Assembly (NCBI GenBank): GCA_049606355.1
Contig: JBMYVL010000003.1
Span: 180,001 to 212,000, forward strand
Direction: 5' to 3'
DNA: 32,000 nucleotides
Origin: Opitutales bacterium
Lineage (GTDB): Bacteria; Verrucomicrobiota; Verrucomicrobiia; Opitutales; Coraliomargaritaceae
Numbering within the stretch: the stretch's first letter is position 1; the number at the start of each line of letters is the position of its first letter. The notes beneath the pieces were generated by a model, which did no database searches, was not told the origin of the DNA, and worked only from the letters and a program-made list of their open reading frames with translations. Shown in pieces: positions 9,757-18,717 of this stretch. A program made the translations under genes and the position numbers.

Positions 9757-11508
9757 TTATTGCTCAAGTCGATAGAACTTCTCTCCACTAACCGCCTCTG
9801 TATGAGGGCTAGTCGCGCCGGTTACCTCCGAGAAGCCACCGCTAAGGGAGTCTGCACGCTTCAGCGTCGCAGTACCCTCCCAAGTCAGGGTCACATTGGT
9901 ACCGTCACTCGAGATCGAGAGTGTTGGCAATTCAGTTGGTGCCGCTGCAAAGTTCGGAGTGAGCGTGGTATCCGCACTCAAAGTCACCGAAATCGTAGCA
10001 TCCGTCGAATCGGACGCACCCGACCAACCGGTGAAGGTATAACCCTCCGCCGCAGTCGCAGTGATGCTGACCGTTTCACCATCCACATACTTGCGGCTGC
10101 CATTGAGGTCGACACCGCCTGCACCTGCTTCCACAGCTGAAGTATCAACGGTGAGGGTACGGATCGTACCGGCAGGTATGCCCGTAATCGCCAGATTGTC
10201 GATTCTCATGTGGCCCTTCGCTCCGTCGGCATTGGTGATCCTCAAGCGGAAGGCAGCAGTTTCACCCTCCGCCAGGATAGTGTCAGCCATTGCCGCAAGG
10301 CTGATTCCATTGCCTTTCGGTACAAAGTTCATGGTTGAAGTGCCAGTACCTAAGGTACGCTGTGTAACATCACCATCAATAAGATCACTCACGGCATCGA
10401 AGTGCGATACGATCACGGAGTGCGGTGTTCCTTCGCTTGTCACCACATCATCACTGGTATCATCAGGCGTACCATTATTATCCACTACGTGATTATTCGA
10501 ATGGATCGTTTGCGCATCGAAGTGAATACCAGTCAACCGTAGGTCGGAACCGGTCGTGTTCGTAATAGAGAAATCGATATACTGATTATTCGCATTACCC
10601 CAATTGTTGATTCGCAACGCACTTGGGTTATCCGTATCCATATTGGCCGCAGAGATCGAATAAGCGGAGCCATAGCTGCCATCAGTACCATCATTAGCTT
10701 CAGCCTTCTGTCCACCACCTTGAGCAGCATTAGCTGGATTCACATCTTTACCAAGATTCGCAGTCACACCAACAGTGGTGTAGCTAGGTGCTTGGCTTGA
10801 GAGGCTGCTGCCAGTGAGTGCGAAATCGGCCCAAGCAGCCAGCACCACGGCGTTATCATCAAATGGAGGCTCTTCAAGCTCAGTCGCGGTCATGACCGCG
10901 ATGTTGTCGAGTTTGACGCCCAGGGCAGTCACTCCATCACCCGCGACCACTTCGATACGGAAGGCAGCGGTCTCACCATCAGCAAGGACCACATCGTCCA
11001 TGGCGCTGGTAGATACGGTTTGCTGCACTGGAGTGTAGCCATCGATCGTAAGCGTGTCGAGTAGACGACCCGTGAAGCCATCGGCCAGCGCGCTCGAACC
11101 GCTCAGGTGTGAAACCGTTACGCTGCCGCTACCGAAGATCAATTGCGCATCCAGAGCGATCGCATCAATCGATAGATCACTGCCCGTGCCATTGGTCACG
11201 GTGATGTCGACGCGCTTATTGTTGTTGTTGTACGTATTCGCGGTGATACCTGTCGAATCCGCAGCCGCAGTAAAGGAGGCACCATCACCATAGGTTTGGT
11301 TGTCCAGGTTACTACTGGTAAGTTCGCTCACGCCACCGGTAATCGTACCGCTTACGCCGGTCGCTGCTTCGCTGGCCGTTTCGGTCGCAGTGTCGCCGTC
11401 AAAACTGTGCCAACCAATCGCAACCGTGTTGGCTGTCGCAATGCTCGTAGCCGCACAGCAGGCCACGAACATGAATAATTTGTATAGGGATATATTATAT
11501 AATTTCAT
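9757..11508 (-). CDS. Secreted protein: signal peptide, two copies of an unrecognised ~200-aa module, an InlB-B-repeat-like domain and a terminal beta-domain ending KFYRLEQ
   Basis: The N terminus MKLYNISLYKLFMFVACCAATSIATA looks like a signal peptide. Internal duplication is visible in the protein and in the DNA. The motif GYTFTGWSG...TLTPNF is typical of the bacterial InlB B-repeat domain. Confidence 0.8.
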   Translation of the reverse strand: MKLYNISLYKLFMFVACCAATSIATANTVAIGWHSFDGDTATETASEAATGVSGTITGGVSELTSSNLDNQTYGDGASFTAAADSTGITANTYNNNNKRVDITVTNGTGSDLSIDAIALDAQLIFGSGSVTVSHLSGSSALADGFTGRLLDTLTIDGYTPVQQTVSTSAMDDVVLADGETAAFRIEVVAGDGVTALGVKLDNIAVMTATELEEPPFDDNAVVLAAWADFALTGSSLSSQAPSYTTVGVTANLGKDVNPANAAQGGGQKAEANDGTDGSYGSAYSISAANMDTDNPSALRINNWGNANNQYIDFSITNTTGSDLRLTGIHFDAQTIHSNNHVVDNNGTPDDTSDDVVTSEGTPHSVIVSHFDAVSDLIDGDVTQRTLGTGTSTMNFVPKGNGISLAAMADTILAEGETAAFRLRITNADGAKGHMRIDNLAITGIPAGTIRTLTVDTSAVEAGAGGVDLNGSRKYVDGETVSITATAAEGYTFTGWSGASDSTDATISVTLSADTTLTPNFAAAPTELPTLSISSDGTNVTLTWEGTATLKRADSLSGGFSEVTGATSPHTEAVSGEKFYRLEQ

Positions 11509-11858
11509 GAGTTTAGGAGTAAAAGAAGCCTAAGTTCAGCTCCCAAACATTTGAAATACAATGAAGATCGGCCAAATTATGAACCGAGCTACGTTATAGA
11601 CTAATTAAATAACAATTTGAGCGCTGGACGGCTGGATACATCCCTCTCCGCAGCCGAACCAAGCTATAAAACAGCAGAACCACGGGCTTAAGCAGCTGCA
11701 GTGTAATTACTTCTGACGAATACCTAAAATAGATTGTATAACGAACATCCACACTGGATTACAAACAAAAGAAATCCGAGTGGATTCATTCGCGCTCCGA
11801 TTGACTGGCACTTCATTGGACCCAGCAATTATTAATACAAGTGTGCCGTAGGTCTACT

Positions 11859-11890
11859 AAAAGGCCGCTCTCCCGGATGGAAGAGCGGCC
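11859..11890 (-). terminator. Probable rho-independent terminator of the TonB-C-like gene
   Basis: The stem ggccgctct (11863-11871) pairs with agagcggcc (11882-11890). The A4 run at 11859-11862 gives only a short U-tract on the minus strand. Confidence 0.6.
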
Positions 11891-11953
11891 AAGTTGATTT
11901 CTATTTAATATAATAATGAACCGTTGCTGCAATACAGCGACGATTCAGTACCA

Positions 11954-12325
11954 CTAGCGCATGGCTAGCAGTGCGTGTGTCGGCACCACAACGAAGGGTA
12001 CCAGGACACGGCTGGAAACGGCCTGACCATTGCGAACCGCGGGCGTAAAACGCCATTGTTTCACAGTCGCTTTGACCGAAGCCGCAAAGCCAGGAGCCTC
12101 CGCATCGCGGATTTCCACTGACTCAACGGTGCCCAGATTACACACAGTAATGAGAGCCGTCACACGCATCCCGACCAGCGCATCCTCGGCGAGAGGTGCT
12201 TCAGCTTGCACCAGCGAAGGAGCGAGCTGCTGTGGTGCCGCCTCAAGGCTTAAGCCAAAGGCGAGCATCATGAGCAGGATGAGTAGGCGACTCAAGATCA
12301 CCGACGTGATTTGTTTCGTTTTCAT
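11954..12325 (-). CDS. Small membrane-anchored protein with TonB C-terminal-like domain
   Basis: The 123-aa product has an N-terminal anchor or signal sequence (VILSRLLILLMMLAFGLSLEA). The C terminus GMRVTALITVCNLGTVESVEIRDAEAPGFAASVKATVKQWRFTPAVRNGQAV fits the TonB_C pattern (wrF.Pa..nG.pv). There is no Pro-rich spacer. Confidence 0.6.
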   Translation of the reverse strand: MKTKQITSVILSRLLILLMMLAFGLSLEAAPQQLAPSLVQAEAPLAEDALVGMRVTALITVCNLGTVESVEIRDAEAPGFAASVKATVKQWRFTPAVRNGQAVSSRVLVPFVVVPTHALLAMR

Positions 12326-12533
12326 TTCAGTTTATTGTTTGTTTCGCACAACCGGCATGGTTGTCCAAAATTCCAAGAGGTAACTGAAAAGTGCAAAGAA
12401 CGTGCCAAAAATGACACCCGTACTAGTACACAGTTTGAATCCGCTGTAAAGTCGACACTACCAAAAAACAAGTGGACCCAACTGCCGTGTTCAGACTCAG
12501 GACGCTCGCCCCCACGGAGCGATGCGTATGAAA

Positions 12534-12569
12534 CAAAAAAAGCCCCCGAGACGAAATCTACGGGGGCTT
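12534..12569 (-). terminator. Rho-independent terminator after tRNA-Gly
   Basis: The stem agcccccg (12541-12548) pairs with cgggggct (12561-12568). The A-run at 12534-12540 becomes a U-run directly after the hairpin on the minus strand. Confidence 0.7.
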
Positions 12570-12652
<83 letters not shown>

Positions 12653-12709
12653 ATTGAAAGAGTCCGCTAGGATCTAAATAGGCTTCCCCTTGTCAACGCG
12701 TTTTTGTGA

Positions 12710-13591
12710 TTATTTTTCGAGTTCCGAACGACTCAAATTCAGATCCATTTGCAGTTGTTGGCGCACTGCCTTGGGTAAGGGAATTAAACCAGCATCGGCT
12801 AAGACAGTTGCCATCGGATCGCCAAGTAATTCCAGCGCTACATCTGCCACGCCCATCGTATCCGTATCGGGGAGGACGAGATAAAAGGACAAACGGAATA
12901 AATAATCTCCATAATGGACATTATCATCTGAGGGCCCAAAAGCCGGCAAATCCTCTGCCTCGGCCACGGACAAGAGCTTAATCATCGGGTCGTCGGGCTT
13001 GCGCGAAAGGATTGCAATCGCAGCCGCGTTTTGAGCCAGGATGGACTCGATAGTAGTTCGGCTGGAGCGCTCGACACTCGCCTTCAATTTACCGCCTTTA
13101 AAAGCAGTGTGCTTGAATAACTCGAGCGCAATACTCTCGTCGTTCTGGTCGACTAAGGTCTTAATACTGCGGGAGCCACGGCCCGTAAGGCCCAAATCGC
13201 CCCAGGTGGTCACATTCAACTCCTCGTTCGCTCCAAAAATGCCAGCGAGGCGACTCACACTTATTTCATCCAGCGGGTTACTCAGATTGACCGCAACAAA
13301 GGCAGCGCTGTACGCGAAAGGATAAACGCGATAACCTTCCTGCGGTAGCGGCTGCTCGGTGGGTACCGCGATAATGGCCAAATCAAACTCATTGGCCGCC
13401 ATCTTTTGCATGGCTGGTAAACTGCCAATTGACTCGAGCTTGACTGCCAGTTCACGCTCCGCCGCATAGGACTCGAGTGGCGGCGCAAGCACCGCGGCCA
13501 ACAGGTCGGACGCAGCCAGCCGCACCTCATTCGCAGGCAGGCTTGAAACGGCGAGACAAGCGAATGCCGTAATTGTTTGATAAGCTTTCAT
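12710..13591 (-). CDS. Periplasmic substrate-binding protein, PstS/PBP-like-2 type (orphan: no permease or ATPase genes nearby)
   Basis: The ATG at 13591 gives MKAYQTITAFACLAVSSLPA, a likely signal peptide. The body shows the type-2 PBP pattern: LRLAASDLL...GSLPAMQKMAANEFDLAII...YPFAYSAAFVAVNLSNPL..ISVSRLAGIF...TWGDLG. The ORF-track start at 13627 is a TTG. Confidence 0.6.
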   Translation of the reverse strand: MKAYQTITAFACLAVSSLPANEVRLAASDLLAAVLAPPLESYAAERELAVKLESIGSLPAMQKMAANEFDLAIIAVPTEQPLPQEGYRVYPFAYSAAFVAVNLSNPLDEISVSRLAGIFGANEELNVTTWGDLGLTGRGSRSIKTLVDQNDESIALELFKHTAFKGGKLKASVERSSRTTIESILAQNAAAIAILSRKPDDPMIKLLSVAEAEDLPAFGPSDDNVHYGDYLFRLSFYLVLPDTDTMGVADVALELLGDPMATVLADAGLIPLPKAVRQQLQMDLNLSRSELEK

Positions 13592-13683
13592 AGTGAGGGT
13601 CGATCGATTACTCTGCTGCGGAGCCAAGACATTCGTACAAAATAGGTCAAATCAATAGAAACCCAAGGGCTGCGCACACCGGA

Positions 13684-15060
13684 TTAGTTCGAGACATCCA
13701 GCTCAGGCCACTGGATCAATTTACGGTGCAAGGTGCGGCGGCTGATCCCCATCAGCTCCGCGGCCTTGGTGCGATTTCCATTCGCTTTGAGCAAGGCATT
13801 GCGCAATAGGCGCTTTTCATTCTCCGCTTTACTCAAGGTCGGGCTGCTCGCAAAACCAGCGCCCGCCAAGTTCGGATTCTCCGCCACGGCATTCCCTTGG
13901 TACATCGGATCCAAATCATACTCACTCACTTCACAGCCACGCTTGAGAATGACGATATTTTCACAGAAATTGCGCAGTTGGCGAATATTGCCCGGCCACT
14001 GGTAGGCGCGCAGCACGTTCAGCGCTCCCTCGGTGAGTCGTACCGGCTCCAAGCCATTCTCTTCACTGAAGCGAGTGGTAAAATGCTGCAACAAGGCCAA
14101 CAAATCCTCCGGGCGCTCCCGCAGCGGAGGCAGGAAAATACTGATGACATTGAGGCGGTACAATAAGTCCTCACGAAATTCGCCACGCTGGACCATTTCG
14201 GCAAGATTGCGATTGGTGGCACAGACCAATCGGACATCCACTTGAATCGGCTTGGAACTGCCGAGGCGCTCAAAGCTGCGGGTTTCCAGAAAGCGCAGCA
14301 GCTTCACCTGCGTGGAGGCATCGATTTCGCCAATTTCGTCGAGAAACAAGGTGCCGGAATCCGCTGCCTCAAAACGCCCGATGCGACGCTCCGTCGCTCC
14401 GGTAAACGCTCCTTTCTCGTGACCGAACAATTCACTTTCCAACAAGTTTGTCGCCAGTGCTGCACAATGCACCGGTACAAAGGCCTTGCGCGCACGATCG
14501 CTATTTTGATGGATCGCCTGAGCAATCAACTCTTTACCAGTACCGGTCTCGCCCTCGAGCAGAACCGTCGCCTTCGACGGCGCGACTAATTTAACCTTGT
14601 CCAAAACTTCAACCAAACTCGGTGAATTGCCGACAATTCCGTTAAAACTATATTTTTGATCCAATCGCTGGTGCAGTTGCACATTTTCAGCTTCAATCGT
14701 ACGCGTCTGTAGGGCTCGCTTGATCAAAATCTCTAACTTTTCCAGGCTCACCGGCTTGGTCAAAAAATCAAACGCCCCACGGCGCATCGCTTCCACAGCC
14801 GTTTCCACATTCCCGTATGCGGTCATCATGATACAGATGGGGCGGTTCGGCAGCGCGATCGCATGATCAATCACCTTAAGTCCCGATTGACCCGCCATGC
14901 GCAAATCTGTCAGCACGACCTGAAAGGTCTCGGCCGCCATCAAATTGAATGCCTCCTCGGCCCCCGAAGCGAGATAGACATCATAGTTATCTTCTAGAGC
15001 AAGCCCGAGTCCTTCACGGGTATTTTTCTCGTCATCGACAATGAGTATGGAAGCCGGCAT
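13684..15060 (-). CDS. Sigma54-dependent response regulator (REC + AAA+ enhancer-binding domain + Fis-type HTH), NtrC family
   Basis: The REC domain has [17 protein letters not shown] and DFLTKP. The AAA+ domain has the Walker A motif GETGTGKE, the sigma54-contact loop GAFTGA and the Walker B motif LFLDEIGE. The C-terminal HTH reads [21 protein letters not shown] prefer the ATG at 15060 over the TTG at 15096. Confidence 0.92.
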   Translation of the reverse strand: MPASILIVDDEKNTREGLGLALEDNYDVYLASGAEEAFNLMAAETFQVVLTDLRMAGQSGLKVIDHAIALPNRPICIMMTAYGNVETAVEAMRRGAFDFLTKPVSLEKLEILIKRALQTRTIEAENVQLHQRLDQKYSFNGIVGNSPSLVEVLDKVKLVAPSKATVLLEGETGTGKELIAQAIHQNSDRARKAFVPVHCAALATNLLESELFGHEKGAFTGATERRIGRFEAADSGTLFLDEIGEIDASTQVKLLRFLETRSFERLGSSKPIQVDVRLVCATNRNLAEMVQRGEFREDLLYRLNVISIFLPPLRERPEDLLALLQHFTTRFSEENGLEPVRLTEGALNVLRAYQWPGNIRQLRNFCENIVILKRGCEVSEYDLDPMYQGNAVAENPNLAGAGFASSPTLSKAENEKRLLRNALLKANGNRTKAAELMGISRRTLHRKLIQWPELDVSN

Positions 15061-15120
15061 GTGGGACAAATAGGCACATCTGCCAAAAAAAGGCAATCCC
15101 CGGTTTTATCCGAAACCTTT

Positions 15121-15136
15121 TGGCGCCGCACTTGTC
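15121..15136 (+). promoter_or_regulatory. Candidate sigma54 (-24/-12) promoter upstream of the moxR/Bat operon
   Basis: TGGCGCcgcacTTGTc lies 46 nt upstream of the moxR ATG. It matches TGGCAC-N5-TTGC with correct spacing. The -12 element is GT rather than the conserved GC, so the match is imperfect. Confidence 0.3.
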
Positions 15137-15181
15137 GTTGACGATTGACCCGCAAACCCCTTCTCCTAGCTGCTACTAATT

Positions 15182-16177
15182 ATGAGTGAAAGTATTATCT
15201 CGACCGAACCTGCAGAAGCCCTCGAGGTGGCGACTGCATGGATCCCCAAACTGCGCGCTGAAATTGCCCGCGTAATCGTTGGACAGCACTATCTCGTGGA
15301 TCGCCTGCTCGTCGGTCTCCTGGCCAATGGTCACGTGCTACTCGAAGGCGTCCCCGGACTCGCCAAAACCCTCAGTATCCGCACGCTGGCAAGCGCGACG
15401 GATGCCGACTTTAAACGCATCCAGTTTACGCCCGACCTCCTACCCGCAGATATCATCGGGACATTGATCTACAACCCCAAGGAGAGCTGCTTTGAAACAC
15501 GCAAAGGGCCCATTTTTGCCAACCTGATTCTTGCCGACGAAATCAATCGGGCACCCGCTAAGGTGCAAAGTGCCCTACTTGAAGCCATGCAAGAGCGCCA
15601 AGTCACCCTCGGGGAAAGCACCTTTTCGTTGCCGGAGCCTTTCTTGGTCCTCGCAACGGAAAATCCGATCGATCAGGAAGGCACTTATCCACTGCCGGAG
15701 GCACAGGTCGATCGCTTCATGCTCAAACTAAAAGTGGACTACCCCAGCAAAGCAGACGAGCGCGAGATCCTTGATCGCATGGCTGCCACAGCACCCAGCT
15801 TAGAGGTCAACGCGGTGACTTCCCTCGAGGCGATTCGGAATGCCCGCGCGCATGTCAATGCGGTCTATGTCGATGCGAAACTACGCGACTACATCGTCAA
15901 TCTGGTCCACGCAACGCGTCATCCTGCGGACTATCAGATGGAAATTGGGCAGTACATTCAATTTGGCGCGAGTCCCCGTGCGACGATCAGCTTAACTCTG
16001 GCTTCTAAAGCGTGGGCCCTGCTACAAGGCCGTAGCTACGTGATTCCCCAAGACGTCAGCGAAATCGGCATGGATGTCCTGCGCCACCGCGTGATTCCCA
16101 GCTATGAAGCGGAAGCGGAAGGGATCCGTAGCGAGGATCTGGTTCGCAGCGTTTTTGAAGCGGTCCCGGTCCCGTAA
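15182..16177 (+). CDS. MoxR-family AAA+ ATPase
   Basis: The 331-aa product contains the MoxR subfamily signature GHVLLEGVPGLAKT...IQFTPDLLPADIIG...IFANLILADEINRAPAKVQSALLEAMQERQVT...FLVLATENPIDQEGTYPLPEAQVDRF. Confidence 0.93.
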   Translation: MSESIISTEPAEALEVATAWIPKLRAEIARVIVGQHYLVDRLLVGLLANGHVLLEGVPGLAKTLSIRTLASATDADFKRIQFTPDLLPADIIGTLIYNPKESCFETRKGPIFANLILADEINRAPAKVQSALLEAMQERQVTLGESTFSLPEPFLVLATENPIDQEGTYPLPEAQVDRFMLKLKVDYPSKADEREILDRMAATAPSLEVNAVTSLEAIRNARAHVNAVYVDAKLRDYIVNLVHATRHPADYQMEIGQYIQFGASPRATISLTLASKAWALLQGRSYVIPQDVSEIGMDVLRHRVIPSYEAEAEGIRSEDLVRSVFEAVPVP

Positions 16178-16226
16178 ATCGTTCGCGCTTCATCTCCAAT
16201 TTGGCAGCTGCCATCTCCAATTTAGA

Positions 16227-17108
16227 GTGACTCCTTCCGATATCATACAAAAGGTACGCCGCCTCGAGATCCGCACCCGACATCTCGTCACGGACTCTGT
16301 AAGCGGCGCCTACCATAGCTCGTTCAAAGGGCGCGGGATGGATTTCGAGGAAGTCCGCGAATACGCAATCGGAGATGATGTGCGCAGCATCGATTGGAAT
16401 GTCAGCGCCAAGATGGATAAGCCATACATTAAGGTTTTTCGCGAAGAGCGTGAACTCACCTTGATACTGATGATTGACCTCAGCGCCTCCGGTAGCTTCG
16501 GCTCCGTGGAGCAAAGCAAACGGGAACGTGCCGCCGAAATCGCCAGTGTACTGGCCTTCTCCGCGACTCAGAACAACGACAAAGTCGGCTTGCTACTGTA
16601 CACCGACGAGGTCGAGCACTACTTGCCGCCGAAAAAAGGTCGCAGCCACATCCTACGTGTCATTCGTGACAGTTTATTCTTTAAGCCGCAGGGTCGCGGC
16701 ACGCAACACGGCGTTGCGCTGGACTACCTCAATCGCGTACAAAAGCGTAAGGCGGTGGTCTTCCTCATCTCTGATTTTCTGGATAGCGGTACGCAGACCT
16801 TCGCTAAATTAGCACTGACTCATCAGCGTCATGATTTGATCTGTATTGCACTCAGTGATCGGCGTGAAAGCCAACTGCCCAACGTCGGACTCATTACTCT
16901 GGAAGATGCTGAAAGTGGCGAATGCGTCGAAGTCGACAGTGGCAATGTCAAACTTCGCCAACGCTATCAAAGTCAAGCACGTCAGCGCCGTGACGCCTTC
17001 ACAAAGCAGATGCGCCAAAAAGGGCTCGACTGGATTGAAGCGAGGACTGACCAACCTTATCTACCTGCTTTGCGCCAACTCTTTGCGCGCAGAGCCACAC
17101 GTCACTGA
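16227..17108 (+). CDS. DUF58 (vWA-like) protein, MoxR partner
   Basis: The conserved DUF58 core is present: KVRRLEIRTRHLV...GAYHSSFKGRGMDFEEVREYAIGDDVRSIDWNVSAKMDKPYIKVFREEREL. I prefer the GTG at 16227 because the ATG at 16104 would overlap moxR by 74 nt and would add a basic, non-conserved extension. Confidence 0.85.
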   Translation: MTPSDIIQKVRRLEIRTRHLVTDSVSGAYHSSFKGRGMDFEEVREYAIGDDVRSIDWNVSAKMDKPYIKVFREERELTLILMIDLSASGSFGSVEQSKRERAAEIASVLAFSATQNNDKVGLLLYTDEVEHYLPPKKGRSHILRVIRDSLFFKPQGRGTQHGVALDYLNRVQKRKAVVFLISDFLDSGTQTFAKLALTHQRHDLICIALSDRRESQLPNVGLITLEDAESGECVEVDSGNVKLRQRYQSQARQRRDAFTKQMRQKGLDWIEARTDQPYLPALRQLFARRATRH

Positions 17109-17680
17109 TGCCAGCGCAGACCGCCAACCCATTAGCGGTGGCTCCTCCCGCCACTAGCGCTCCAGCAAGTCCACTCCCGGAACTACCGGCAGGACCGACG
17201 CTGGACCGCATTCGCCCCGCCTGGGAGATTCCTTTATTCGAAACATGGCAACTTGTAGTGCTCTCCGTCGGGTTCTGTTTTGTCTGTGGCTGGCTCATTC
17301 TTTTTCTGCTGCGAAGACTTCGTGCAGTAAAGAACGTGTCCCGTGAACACACTCCCTACGAGACCGCACTGGCGTCGATCGATACACTCGCAGCAGAGAC
17401 GAACAGTGAGGCTTTATGTACCCAATTGTTGCATACCGTAAGCGGTTTCCTCGAAAGCACGCTGCAGGTTTCCGCTTTGGGGCGGAGATGCCCTGAAATC
17501 CTAAAGCAGCTCCAGGTCGACACCGCCAAGCGCCAGCAACTCGAGGATCTCTGGGCGGTCTGCGAACACGCGAAGTTCGGACAAGCGTCCATCGATGCCG
17601 ACACTCGTATTCAGCTACTGGATACGAGCCGAGAAATTATCCACAGTTTAAATACTCATATCAGCAAGGAGGCGGATTGA
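17108..17680 (+). CDS. Single-pass membrane protein at the DUF4381 position of Bat operons
   Basis: The 190-aa product has a Pro/Ala-rich N terminus, one TM helix ([22 protein letters not shown]) and a helical C-terminal region ending ...CEHAKFGQ. Its start overlaps the DUF58 stop (TGATG at 17106-17110). Confidence 0.6.
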   Translation: MPAQTANPLAVAPPATSAPASPLPELPAGPTLDRIRPAWEIPLFETWQLVVLSVGFCFVCGWLILFLLRRLRAVKNVSREHTPYETALASIDTLAAETNSEALCTQLLHTVSGFLESTLQVSALGRRCPEILKQLQVDTAKRQQLEDLWAVCEHAKFGQASIDADTRIQLLDTSREIIHSLNTHISKEAD

Positions 17681-18717
17681 TGGAGTTCTTTCAGTTCAAA
17701 GATCCGGCTTTTCTTTGGTTGCTGGCTACACTGCCACTGATCGCACGACTCTACGGCAAGGTCGGCGCGGAAGCTGCGGTCCGTTTCTCCAGCACTGCAT
17801 TACTTAAAGAAATCAGCACACAGCGCCGCAGTCGTCCCGGGGCTTGGTTGCTCGCGATGCGGCTCACGACACTCGCCTGCCTCATTATCGCGCTCGCACG
17901 GCCGCAATTGGGGCAAATGAATGACCGTACTGAAGCGGAGGGGATTGATATAGTACTGACGCTCGACCTCTCCGGCTCGATGCGGGCTCTAGATCTTTCC
18001 ACGCAAAAGACGATCGTCACCCGTCTGGATGCCGCCAAGAAAGTCGTTCGCGAGTTCATTGATCAGCGCCCTCACGATCGCATCGCATTGGTTGCCTTTG
18101 CCGCGGACGCCTACGTCGTCAGCCCGCTGACCTTAAATCATGATTGGCTAAAGAAAAACTTACAGCGTCTGGAACTCGGTGAGATCGATGGCAGCGGTAC
18201 AGCCATCGGCACTGCGCTTGGTGCCAGCGTCAACCGCCTCCGCGACCACGAAGCGCGCAGCCGCATCATTGTACTGCTAACCGATGGCGAAAATAACGCG
18301 GGCACCATATCGCCCATCGGTGCCGCTGAAGCGGCCACGACCTACGGCGTTAAAATCTATGCGATTGCGACCGGTCAGAAGGGACGCGTGCCGGTTGCCG
18401 AAACCGATCGCGCAGGCCGCGTGCTTCGCGATAGCGAGGGGCAAGCGGTCTATCGCGGCCGTCGCGATAACTCCAACTACGATGAAACCGAATTGCGCGA
18501 GATCGCGACCTTAACCGGCGGGCGTTTCTTCAGCGCGAAACGCGATGGTGAGCTCGAAGAGATCTACAGCGAAATCGATGCGCTCGAGAAAACCGTCGTG
18601 GAGCTGCGGAGCTATGCCAGCTTCACCGAATGGTTCGTTTGGCCATGCCTCTGCGGCTTAATTCTCTTGGGCCTCGAGCAATGCCTACTCCACACCCGCT
18701 ACCGACGTTTGCCATGA
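17680..18717 (+). CDS. batA: BatA-type vWA-domain membrane protein
   Basis: The N terminus is a membrane hairpin ([12 protein letters not shown]...). The vWA MIDAS motif is [12 protein letters not shown], followed by LLTDGENN and IYAIATG, and there is a C-terminal TM helix. A Shine-Dalgarno sequence, AAGGAGG (17667-17673), precedes the ATG at 17680. That ATG overlaps the upstream stop (TGATG). Confidence 0.85.
   Translation: MEFFQFKDPAFLWLLATLPLIARLYGKVGAEAAVRFSSTALLKEISTQRRSRPGAWLLAMRLTTLACLIIALARPQLGQMNDRTEAEGIDIVLTLDLSGSMRALDLSTQKTIVTRLDAAKKVVREFIDQRPHDRIALVAFAADAYVVSPLTLNHDWLKKNLQRLELGEIDGSGTAIGTALGASVNRLRDHEARSRIIVLLTDGENNAGTISPIGAAEAATTYGVKIYAIATGQKGRVPVAETDRAGRVLRDSEGQAVYRGRRDNSNYDETELREIATLTGGRFFSAKRDGELEEIYSEIDALEKTVVELRSYASFTEWFVWPCLCGLILLGLEQCLLHTRYRRLP

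Noticed and set aside
16104-16226. Longer DUF58 ORF starting at the ATG at 16104 inside moxR.
   Set aside because: It would overlap moxR by 74 nt and would add a highly basic, low-information extension. The conserved DUF58 N terminus begins at the GTG at 16227.
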